Below are positions 55,708 through 64,000 of a DNA stretch of 64,000 bases, one piece after another. Made by a program: the position numbers and the translations under genes. Origin of the DNA: a virus; IMG/VR virus record IMGVR_UViG_3300035670_000087; one strand, given 5' to 3'. Every line of letters starts with the position of its first letter. The stretch's first letter is position 1. Under the pieces are notes generated by a model. It had not been told where the DNA came from. It saw only the letters and a list, made by a program, of their open reading frames with translations, and did not search any database.

Positions 55708-58091
55708 AAATAAGGATTCTTATTTCTTGTTTCAAATTGATAATAAACATTTATAACCGATCCTGAAAGTTGTCCTTGATAGAAATCACTTCCGTCTCCA
55801 TGTCCACTTTTATAAATACTATCGGCTTCTATTTTACCTGCCTGTATTTCTCCTTCTACGCTTAGATAATTTTCATCAACTCCAGTTTTTACCGTTTTTG
55901 CTTTAGGTCTTTCAATTATAGGAGATTTTATAATTAAACCTGTTTGCAGATTAGATCTTGCAGGTACAAAATCTCTAATCATTTTAAATAAAGAGTTATC
56001 GAAAAACTGTATTAGTCTTACGAAATCCTTTATGTTGTATTGCTTGAAGTACCCTTCAGATTGATAATAGTTATTATTAAATGCAACTAGGCTTGGATAC
56101 TCTGTTCTTTGACTTTCTCTAGGATCGCCTATATAAGTGTCGATATTAAAAGAGCTTCCGTATAAAGATATTATTTGATCATTTATTTCATTTTGTGGAG
56201 AAAATCCTACTTCTGTAAAATGGGTATCTCTTATAAACTCTTGCGACAGGTTTTCTTCTAATCTCAAAAAAGGAGACAATACGCTTCCCGTTATTGTGTT
56301 ATTTACTATCCTTACTTTATTATCTACAGGAGCAGAATACACAGCATTTAATTCCGTAAGCTTATCAGATCCCCCAAATTCATTAATATTTAATATAGAT
56401 CCTGTTATTCCAAAAGTAGTTATTAATGCCCTTATTCCCCTATTAGTACCTTTTGATTTTAAAAGATATGGTATATTATGATAAATTCTTTTTAAGATCT
56501 CTTTTTGAATATCCTGACCAGCTACTGTATACTCTGATGCGCTTACTAATGTATTCAAACTAGATCCGGTAGGCAAAAAACTTCCAGATACAGAACTTCC
56601 TATTAAGTATTTGAATATATCTTCATTACTCTTTGAATTATATAATTTTATACCTAGTGATCTTAGGGCATGATATACTAAGTCTTTTGAAATACCTTCA
56701 TACAAATTATTATATGATTTCCACTGATCGGTTATAGCTTTTTCAAATACCCATATATTATCAAAATGCTGTCCGATCATATTAAGAAATAGACTATATC
56801 CATCATTAACAGGATCTATTGTTATATACTCTGGTACAGTGTATACTAGATTGTTTTGATTTTCTAAATCATACGCTGACGAAGTGTATAACTGTCCTCC
56901 GTATACATTAGAAGATGGATCATCACTACCCAACCAATTAACCACTTGTGTAGAAGTTGATGAATATAAGGGGTATGGTTTTACAGCTCCAGACTTAGGC
57001 CAAGAATTTGATTCAGATGCATAATACAAATAAGATTCATACCCGTCAAAATTAGATATTAAATTATCAATCTTCGATTGTAGATTATATATACTGGCGC
57101 TTGAATTGTAAGAAGACTCATAAGAATTAGTACTTTCTATAGATGATATGTCTGTCTGATAAGCTTCTATTAATTTTACTTTGTATCTAAAATTTAACAG
57201 TCTTTCTTTTGCTGATGAAAAATGAATGAAATTATTATAATCACTATAATCTATGTTTATATATATACCTTTTTTATTCAGAGAGTTTAACAACTCTCTG
57301 TAGGCGGTTATAGATTTATTAGAAAGTAATTCATTTATGTTTATATAATCTGACGGCTTTATAGATTTATCATCTACTTCTATATCAAAATTGGCTGATT
57401 TTAAAAAAGGTACAACTTCTGGGGTAACATCTGGAAATACCTCTACTTCGTATGATATAGCCTCGGAAAGTTCTTCTACTATCCAGAAAGATGACTTTAA
57501 AGTAAACTCGTCAGGAAGCGGTTGATATAGCTTTATTAAAATACTATAAGGGTCAGTATTCTTATCTAGTGCTATATTAACACCGTTTATAAATTTATTA
57601 TCTCCAAAATCAAGTAAAAAGTCCTTAAAGTAACTTGAGTTTTGTATTTCATACAAAAAATTTAAAACTCCTTCTTCAATAGATAAATTGGATATATCAT
57701 TAGTAGATACTCTTATTTCCGTCCTATCATTAGATATTTCTTTTATAAAAAATATCTTTTGATTTATATCTACTATTTTTTTTCTTAGTATATTAAATTG
57801 TACTATAAAAGTGCCGTAGGTAAATCCTAACTGTTCTACAATAAGCTCTGGGAATAATTGTATCTCTTCGGTATAAGTCTCTGTAGACCCTTGTAAATTT
57901 CCGGGTACTTTATAATCTGAATAATTGTAGTTTGAATATAGTAGAGTACTAGCTTTTGTGTAAACATGGTATTCTATATAATCTTCTTTTAGTCCAAATT
58001 GTCTTATGTAATCTCTAGATGAGACCAAAGAAGTATCAATAGTATCATATTGAGTAAGGGTCGTATTTATTTTTTTTACTGTTATACCCAT
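55704..58091 (-). CDS. Baseplate wedge-like protein (gp7/P2 gpI-type segment)
   Basis: MIGQHFDNIW, YLLKSKGTNRGIRALITTFG (KGT..G motif). Confidence 0.65.
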   Translation of the reverse strand: MGITVKKINTTLTQYDTIDTSLVSSRDYIRQFGLKEDYIEYHVYTKASTLLYSNYNYSDYKVPGNLQGSTETYTEEIQLFPELIVEQLGFTYGTFIVQFNILRKKIVDINQKIFFIKEISNDRTEIRVSTNDISNLSIEEGVLNFLYEIQNSSYFKDFLLDFGDNKFINGVNIALDKNTDPYSILIKLYQPLPDEFTLKSSFWIVEELSEAISYEVEVFPDVTPEVVPFLKSANFDIEVDDKSIKPSDYININELLSNKSITAYRELLNSLNKKGIYINIDYSDYNNFIHFSSAKERLLNFRYKVKLIEAYQTDISSIESTNSYESSYNSSASIYNLQSKIDNLISNFDGYESYLYYASESNSWPKSGAVKPYPLYSSTSTQVVNWLGSDDPSSNVYGGQLYTSSAYDLENQNNLVYTVPEYITIDPVNDGYSLFLNMIGQHFDNIWVFEKAITDQWKSYNNLYEGISKDLVYHALRSLGIKLYNSKSNEDIFKYLIGSSVSGSFLPTGSSLNTLVSASEYTVAGQDIQKEILKRIYHNIPYLLKSKGTNRGIRALITTFGITGSILNINEFGGSDKLTELNAVYSAPVDNKVRIVNNTITGSVLSPFLRLEENLSQEFIRDTHFTEVGFSPQNEINDQIISLYGSSFNIDTYIGDPRESQRTEYPSLVAFNNNYYQSEGYFKQYNIKDFVRLIQFFDNSLFKMIRDFVPARSNLQTGLIIKSPIIERPKAKTVKTGVDENYLSVEGEIQAGKIEADSIYKSGHGDGSDFYQGQLSGSVINVYYQFETRNKNPYL

Positions 58092-58094
58092 TAT

Positions 58095-58427
58095 CTATTT
58101 TGTTATTGTCACTATCTGATTTTTCAATGAAACATTTTCCTCTCTCAAAACTCTTATTTCTTCTTGCAAATCTTCTATGCTAATTCCTATATACTCCCCA
58201 CTTCTTTTTACTATCTCTAAATGAGACATATCAGATCCGCTAGGAGGTATATCATAAAAAATAGTATCATAATCATTAAAAAAAGATACTACAGATACAA
58301 CAGTATTACTATCTCCTTCTTGTGGATTTCCGTCTTGAGGAACAAACTGTTTAAAAGAAACATCTACAACATTAGCAAATGTATTTCTTCCATATATTTT
58401 TCTTTTTATTTCTACTGCATCTGCCAT
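58095..58427 (-). CDS. Small baseplate-region protein with C-terminal coiled coil
   Basis: 110 aa; IEDLQEEIRVLREENVSLK. Confidence 0.6.
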   Translation of the reverse strand: MADAVEIKRKIYGRNTFANVVDVSFKQFVPQDGNPQEGDSNTVVSVVSFFNDYDTIFYDIPPSGSDMSHLEIVKRSGEYIGISIEDLQEEIRVLREENVSLKNQIVTITK

Positions 58428-59527
58428 TACTCTGTTACTTTAAAGAAGTATTGATCATCAAAAATTAAAGTAGATCCGCTTATTATTGTCTTTATAAGAA
58501 TCTTATAGTATCTCTCTGGTTCTAACCCATACATGTACATATCAAAATAATTACCTTCTAGGTCGGCACTTATTTTAGTAAAGTTATTATCAAAATCGAT
58601 AACTGTAACATCCCCTTTTACGTCTTTTACTGAATAGTAAGAACTTGATGGTAAGTATTTTTGAGTAGTATACAAAGAGGAAGTTGCGTAAGTTCTTACT
58701 GGAAACTGGTCTCTTACATTAAGTCTGAATCTATGTATCTCATATTGATTAAATTCTCCTTTATTATTAGCCAGAGATACTCTAATGTCTTGAGACCCTA
58801 CACCTGTTACGTTTGATCCAGATGTATTATAGGTTGAATCATCCCATTTAAACTCTAATACTGGTGCGTATATAGTATTAGTATCTCTTCCAAAATAACA
58901 TAATTTAAAAGTAGAACTTTCTGCAAACTCTAGAGATCCTGACAGCTTTATTATAAATCCTTGATTACTTATAGAAGATGATAACATTGCTGTTACTGCG
59001 GAAGTAACATCTATATTAATGTCTTTATTAACATAAACCCCAAAAGGTTGTATAAATTCATACCCAGTATACCAAGTGCCTCCTCCTTTATTTACATCAG
59101 TAAAAGAAGCTGTTACTCCTGTGGTATAGCTTCCTGTTGACCATGGATAAGTCCCATTAGAACTCATATATTTCCAAGAGACTCCATCAGTAGGAATAGG
59201 TATATCCCCGAACTTACCAGTACCCATATCCCAGGCTCCAGAGACTGCAAAAACTTGTATGCTATAATCACTAGGGAGTCCTGTTGCATCTGCTAAATAT
59301 ATTTTCAAACTACTACTAAAAGAGGAAGTTCCTATGTAGTTTGATACTACCTCGGACATATCTCCGTCTGCAAATTTTATAAGAGATCTAGCAGCTGTTG
59401 ATTGGCTTGCATATAGTAGACTTGTACTCTTAGTAAGTTCTAATATAGGATCTAATCCAGAATTTAGAGTCTGATAATCAGAATATAGAGTTGAATCTTT
59501 CTCAGCAAATATTTTATATACAGCCAT
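58427..59527 (-). CDS. Baseplate-region protein with DNRLRE-like domain
   Basis: KDSTLYSD...NSGLDPILE...RSLIKF...LKIYLA...GFIIK...PVLEFKWDD. Confidence 0.6.
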   Translation of the reverse strand: MAVYKIFAEKDSTLYSDYQTLNSGLDPILELTKSTSLLYASQSTAARSLIKFADGDMSEVVSNYIGTSSFSSSLKIYLADATGLPSDYSIQVFAVSGAWDMGTGKFGDIPIPTDGVSWKYMSSNGTYPWSTGSYTTGVTASFTDVNKGGGTWYTGYEFIQPFGVYVNKDINIDVTSAVTAMLSSSISNQGFIIKLSGSLEFAESSTFKLCYFGRDTNTIYAPVLEFKWDDSTYNTSGSNVTGVGSQDIRVSLANNKGEFNQYEIHRFRLNVRDQFPVRTYATSSLYTTQKYLPSSSYYSVKDVKGDVTVIDFDNNFTKISADLEGNYFDMYMYGLEPERYYKILIKTIISGSTLIFDDQYFFKVTE

Positions 59528-59537
59528 TTTGTTTTTC

Positions 59538-61433
59538 TTAATAAGTTAAAACTCTTCCATATATGTCTGAGTTAGGAAATCTAACTTCGAATATAGAAGG
59601 ATCTAAACTTGGGTATATGATTCCATTTTTAGTAGCGCCTTGTATATCATAACCGTATTGTGAATATCCGCTAGATATTCCATACTTATTTACTATGTCT
59701 ACTTTTACAACACTTTGAACACCTTTTACATTTCCACAACTAATAACGTTATACAATTCTGATAATATTATTGGTTGATTTATTTGCCACTTATCTATAT
59801 CAAAATAAGACCTTATCGCATTTAAACAATCGTTCAAAACCTCTCTACTATTGTACGCAGGTAAAACTATTATGTCAAAATTAATTCCTATGTTTATGTA
59901 ATAAGCATCTTTAATGCTTATAGAATCTGATATTATTTTATATTGGGATATATAAGTTTTTAAATTTTCTTTTACCGCAGGTGATGCTTGAGTTAATTTC
60001 TTTGTAGAATCATAAGACAATATATATAGACTTAAAGCTAATGGATTATCTTCCACAAAATCATATGTATCATCAACTTCTTTTAGTGATAGTTCTTGTG
60101 TAACATATGCTTTAGACACACTTCCAAATTTAGGAGGAAGGCTTAGAGCTCTGATAATATGATCTTCCTTTGTAACATTTCTTAACTGTGCCGGAAAAGA
60201 AGCCATAGTCTTTTGCCTTATATCTTCTACCGTATCTCCAGAACCTCCACCAGACGATGGTAAGTCATTTGTAAAAGAAATAGATCTCTGTATATAAGAT
60301 AGTAACCCCTGATTTAAAGAGTTGGGAGTTAGTGATACAGGGTTTATTGTAATCTCATTTATTTGAGATATATCTCCAGCAGGAACATTTGTTTGTGCTC
60401 CACCTCCTACAAGATACCTAACTGTAAGAGTAGTGTTATTAGGAGCCAAACCATATTCTTTTGTATATATAAAATTTGATGGATCGTATGCTGTAAACAT
60501 TCTATCTACAGAACTTCCGTTACCTATTCCTACATTATCTGGGTTAGGTATTATAACATTATCGTTGTCGCTTACTATTCCGGAGCCAAACTGTAAAGAT
60601 AGTTGGTTATTTTCATCATATCTAGAAACAAATCTTCTGTTAACAGTTCTTAATTTTAATATGTAAGGAGCTGTATTATTATACTGAGCTAACGTTGCAT
60701 CGTTTGAAGCATTATTCAAAACTTCTTCAAATACAGTATTTTGAGCTAAATAAGGAACTTCATACCACTTATTTCCATCGCTATCTACTACATCTAATAT
60801 TTGAATTACATCGGTATCAGGAATAGTTATACTATCAAACTTAACTGCTTGTCCAAATGTAAAATCTTGAGATTTCACTGTACCTGCTACAGCCCTTACT
60901 TTCTTTTTTAGTAAATAATATTCAGGTTGATTTGTTGTCCCATTTATCTGATAAACGCTTATTTCTGTAGGACTAGCAGATGAGGAGAAGCTAAAGTCAA
61001 CAAGATCTTCTGTAACAAATACAATATCTGAATTAGTTCCTGATTTTACTTTTGCCTCTTTTTCTATTATCAAGGAATATGAGTAGTCCGGATTAGCAAT
61101 ACCTCCATTTATAGATGCTGGTAGCTGTTGATATACGGACAATTCCGCTATGGCAGTGCTAACTACTTTAGGCCTATATCCCAAAGTGTATGCCATAGAT
61201 ATTAAATTTTGCTTATCCTGTGCGTATAGTAAAAAGTTTTCTTGAGTTTGTTTATCTACATAAAAAGAAAGAACATCTCCTACATAAGACGCCATTTCAA
61301 TAAACATATTTCCTGGGGTTGCCTCTGTAAAATCATTATATACCTCAGGAAAATAGTTCTTAGCGTACTCTATCAAGGCTTGTTTAAAGCTTGAAAAGTC
61401 CTTGTTTATATATTTAATGTCTTTAGTTGCCAT
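59538..61433 (-). CDS. gp6: Baseplate wedge subunit, T4 gp6 / baseplate-J-like
   Basis: KDFSSFKQALIEY, YNDFTE..PGNMFIEMASYVGDVLSFY, VRYLVGGG, RNVTKEDH. Confidence 0.9.
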   Translation of the reverse strand: MATKDIKYINKDFSSFKQALIEYAKNYFPEVYNDFTEATPGNMFIEMASYVGDVLSFYVDKQTQENFLLYAQDKQNLISMAYTLGYRPKVVSTAIAELSVYQQLPASINGGIANPDYSYSLIIEKEAKVKSGTNSDIVFVTEDLVDFSFSSSASPTEISVYQINGTTNQPEYYLLKKKVRAVAGTVKSQDFTFGQAVKFDSITIPDTDVIQILDVVDSDGNKWYEVPYLAQNTVFEEVLNNASNDATLAQYNNTAPYILKLRTVNRRFVSRYDENNQLSLQFGSGIVSDNDNVIIPNPDNVGIGNGSSVDRMFTAYDPSNFIYTKEYGLAPNNTTLTVRYLVGGGAQTNVPAGDISQINEITINPVSLTPNSLNQGLLSYIQRSISFTNDLPSSGGGSGDTVEDIRQKTMASFPAQLRNVTKEDHIIRALSLPPKFGSVSKAYVTQELSLKEVDDTYDFVEDNPLALSLYILSYDSTKKLTQASPAVKENLKTYISQYKIISDSISIKDAYYINIGINFDIIVLPAYNSREVLNDCLNAIRSYFDIDKWQINQPIILSELYNVISCGNVKGVQSVVKVDIVNKYGISSGYSQYGYDIQGATKNGIIYPSLDPSIFEVRFPNSDIYGRVLTY

Positions 61434-61831
61434 TAGGTTATTTGTATTAAAATTGAATCGGCATCATTGTTTATTGAATAAACTAATTTTATATTTAAAA
61501 TGCTTCTGTTTATGTCAGAGGTAAATTCAAGAGACTCTACTGTTATCATTGGAAAATATATAGACAAATCCTCTAATAAAATATCCCTAGCATTAGTATA
61601 ATCAGAGTTTTGATCAAATAAAATCCTTCTGAGGTTTGCTCCGAATTCGGGATTAAAGACCCTTTCTCCCTTATTAGTTAGCATGTAATTAGTTAAATTA
61701 CTCTTTATTTGGTTCTTTGTAGTGTAATTTATTGTAAATACATTGTAAGTATTAAAAGGAAGTTTTATTCCTATCCCTCTATTTGGGTTTCTTTGACTTG
61801 AATCAATCCTATATTCTTTTCTTGGAGGCAT
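61433..61831 (-). CDS. gp25: Baseplate wedge subunit, T4 gp25-like (sheath initiator)
   Basis: QIKSNLTNYMLTNKGERVFNPEFGANL. Confidence 0.92.
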   Translation of the reverse strand: MPPRKEYRIDSSQRNPNRGIGIKLPFNTYNVFTINYTTKNQIKSNLTNYMLTNKGERVFNPEFGANLRRILFDQNSDYTNARDILLEDLSIYFPMITVESLEFTSDINRSILNIKLVYSINNDADSILIQIT

Positions 61832-61832
61832 A

Positions 61833-62219
61833 TTATCCTACTCTGTTTTTAAGCTCTTTCCAAGCTATTGAATCTTTTTTTATAAATGGAATAGGTGCGT
61901 CTATATCCGGCAAAGTCCCATTTGTGGATATCTGCATAGCTGCTTCTTCAGATATTTTAGGTATTGGAGAAGCAGTTCTAGGACTATAATCAGATCCTAT
62001 AGCTTCTCTAAGCCTAGTCCTAAATTCTTCTGGGTTTTGGGAAGTTTGTTGAGATTGTACTAATCTTCCCTCTTTTATTGACTTGGCTACCAATAGTTTA
62101 ACTTCTTTAAGTTCTTTTCTAATACCATTATCAACTTCCTCCTTAACCGCCTCTCTTACAGCTGATTTTACGGCTTCTTTTATAAGTTCTTTAAAAAGTA
62201 TTAATTCATCTCTTGTCAT
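61833..62219 (-). CDS. Hypothetical protein
   Basis: 128 aa; FKELIKEAVKSAVREAVKEE helical repeat. Confidence 0.65.
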   Translation of the reverse strand: MTRDELILFKELIKEAVKSAVREAVKEEVDNGIRKELKEVKLLVAKSIKEGRLVQSQQTSQNPEEFRTRLREAIGSDYSPRTASPIPKISEEAAMQISTNGTLPDIDAPIPFIKKDSIAWKELKNRVG

Positions 62220-62244
62220 ATTAATAAATATTTAGTTAAAAATT

Positions 62245-63213
62245 TTATATGTCATTTAAGATAGCTTTAATTTCTTCCAAGAGTTCTTCTGGTGTTGAAA
62301 AATAACTAGGGGCGGTCTGTGCCATTATCATCCCTGATGATTTATCATAAGCCCTAGCTATGAGCCTTTTTGGGTCATACTTTTCAACTTTTAATGTGTA
62401 TGTATCTAAATTCTGGTCCGTAAAGTCCTCTGTTTCCTGAGTTATGCCCTCGCCTAAAAGATCGTCAGCTAAGAGTTCCTCCGCTATATTAGAATCTATA
62501 TAACTACCTTTATTAGCCTCATCTTGTATTTTTACAGACACTTGTAAAGATCTAAACCTATCAATTAATCTAGTCAAAACTTGCTTATTTTGTGCAAGTT
62601 CATTTCCAAGAACTTTTAGATACTCCCCTAATATTTCTTTTAGAAATATTAATTTGATTCCTTTTTTAACAACTAAAAATATAGGACCACTAATGGGATT
62701 TGCAGATAAAAGAATCTCCTGTACATCCAATGCGGTCTTGTAAGCTGTTATAGCTTGCTGCACAGTTGTTAACGTACTTATTGTAGTTCTTAGTCCATTT
62801 AAAGTATTTTGTATAGATTTTATTTTACTATCTACACTTCTCTTTATTTCCTCAGCTTTAACCAAATCCCCCCTAGTTATAGTTATTACTAAAGTATTAC
62901 CTTCCAAAGATACTCTTCCTTTGCTATCAGTTTTTTTTACAACATCTTTTAATAGTTGATCTATTTTATTTTCTACGTTTACTATTAAAGAATTTATTTT
63001 GTTTAAAGTCTTTTTTATAACAAAACCAAAAGGATCTTTAACAGCACCTGTTACATCGTTTATAGCACTTGATACTTTTTCTTGAGCATCGTTTATTTTC
63101 TGCTGAGCAGAATCTATTTTTTCTTTAGCAGTGTTAATAGTATTATTTGCTTTTTGTGTTGCAGATTGTACAACAGAATCTACTTTGTTAGTATCTGATG
63201 TGCTTAGAGCCAT
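62245..63213 (-). CDS. Coiled-coil hypothetical protein of the baseplate cluster
   Basis: 322 aa with long heptad-like helices. Confidence 0.6.
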   Translation of the reverse strand: MALSTSDTNKVDSVVQSATQKANNTINTAKEKIDSAQQKINDAQEKVSSAINDVTGAVKDPFGFVIKKTLNKINSLIVNVENKIDQLLKDVVKKTDSKGRVSLEGNTLVITITRGDLVKAEEIKRSVDSKIKSIQNTLNGLRTTISTLTTVQQAITAYKTALDVQEILLSANPISGPIFLVVKKGIKLIFLKEILGEYLKVLGNELAQNKQVLTRLIDRFRSLQVSVKIQDEANKGSYIDSNIAEELLADDLLGEGITQETEDFTDQNLDTYTLKVEKYDPKRLIARAYDKSSGMIMAQTAPSYFSTPEELLEEIKAILNDI

Positions 63214-63680
63214 TATATTGTTTTAGATATTTTTGATTTTATAGGAGAGTCTATTTGGGTGTACTTGGTTTTATAAAAATTTAATTTCCCTTTCAAAGCA
63301 GAAGCAGCTACATTTATTTGAGGTAACCCAGACACTCCTACACCTAATGCTGTAGCGCTTGCTAAGCTAGTAGAAAAAGCGTCTAATGCTGATATTAAGT
63401 CGCTTATAAAGTTGATTACAGAGTCCGCTTTTGCAACTGGTTCATTTATACCATTTTCTGGTAATCCTAGCTGTACATTTGGAGAATTGATAACAAATAC
63501 ATTATTATCATCTTTAGAACCCCTCAATCCAACATTAAAATGTACAGAGTCTACCGCAGATACCCCCACTGTTTTTTTAGATATCAAAAACACAGAATCG
63601 TTTTTACTGTTAAGTATCACTCTGTCAGAGTTTAGGATTACTGTATCTTTTTCAAAGCTATTAAAATCTACGAATGGCAT
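63213..63680 (-). CDS. gp5/VgrG-type baseplate spike C-terminal-like protein
   Basis: VILNSDRVILNSKNDSVFLISKKTVGVSA beta-solenoid pattern; located just upstream of gp25/gp6. Confidence 0.6.
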   Translation of the reverse strand: MPFVDFNSFEKDTVILNSDRVILNSKNDSVFLISKKTVGVSAVDSVHFNVGLRGSKDDNNVFVINSPNVQLGLPENGINEPVAKADSVINFISDLISALDAFSTSLASATALGVGVSGLPQINVAASALKGKLNFYKTKYTQIDSPIKSKISKTI

Positions 63681-64000
63681 TATCTACGATTTATGAATAA
63701 AGAATCAACAAACAATTTAAATGCCTGAACTGTTATTGGATATCCATCATTTATACTAGGATTCCACTTTCCTACAGAATATGGAAAAGATTTATTTTTA
63801 GAGCTTGATCCTAATACATAAAAAGGATCCTTTTTTATAGTACCATTGGATACTATCTCAGGAAAGAAAACTACTCCATAAGTAGCGTACCTGTCTACTT
63901 TTCCATTAACCGGATTTTTAAGTGCTGATGAATTTGTAGATAGATAAAAATCTAATAAATCGAGTTGATCAAAATTATATTTAGAAGTAGTAGTACTAGT
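63680..64000 (-). CDS. Partial CDS (3' end) entering from the right edge
   Basis: Manual translation open from 64000 to TAA at 63680-63682 (...GYPITVQAFKLFVDSLFINRR*); TAATG overlap with the next gene. Confidence 0.7.
   Translation of the reverse strand, partial: TSTTTSKYNFDQLDLLDFYLSTNSSALKNPVNGKVDRYATYGVVFFPEIVSNGTIKKDPFYVLGSSSKNKSFPYSVGKWNPSINDGYPITVQAFKLFVDSLFINRR

Noticed and set aside
14225-63696. Numerous short plus-strand ORFs antisense to structural genes
   Set aside because: Fully nested opposite well-supported minus-strand genes; no motifs; the whole region is unidirectional
1-64000. Stop-codon reassignment (code 15/4) as in some Bacteroidota phages
   Set aside because: Core genes (TerL, portal, MCP, gp6, primase) are full length in code 11, and TAG and TGA both serve as ordinary stops next to downstream starts
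1-64000. tRNA, rRNA or large ncRNA genes
   Set aside because: No intergenic gap longer than about 160 nt and no cloverleaf or T-loop motifs seen by eye; tRNAscan not run

Overview
This 64-kb window is the virion-morphogenesis region of a large, AT-rich, T4-like (myovirus-type) tailed bacteriophage. Essentially all real genes are on the minus strand, so transcription runs right to left. In that order: baseplate genes (gp5-like, gp25, gp6, wedge/fibre-attachment proteins); an accessory island with Pro/Thr mucin-like appendage proteins flanking a six-gene glycosylation operon (GT60-like GlcNAc transferase, GT4, GT25, GT11, FkbM methyltransferase, UDP-galactopyranose mutase); a GIY-YIG nuclease and primase; about a dozen unknown genes, many with a shared N-terminal peptide ending in L/I-x-E; terminase large subunit, portal, prohead protease, scaffold and major capsid protein; PhoH; neck and tail-completion genes (gp13/14/15-like); a 2554-aa Gly-X-Y Ser/Thr fibre; three LamG proteins; and an S74-chaperone fibre. 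A Bacteroidota host is inferred from TAnnTTTG promoters and A-rich, Shine-Dalgarno-free initiation regions. A TATTTATA motif marks most intergenic gaps. The best candidate for an undescribed system is phage-encoded mucin-type O-glycosylation of its own virion appendages. All assignments come from motifs read by eye; no database searches or structure predictions were run.
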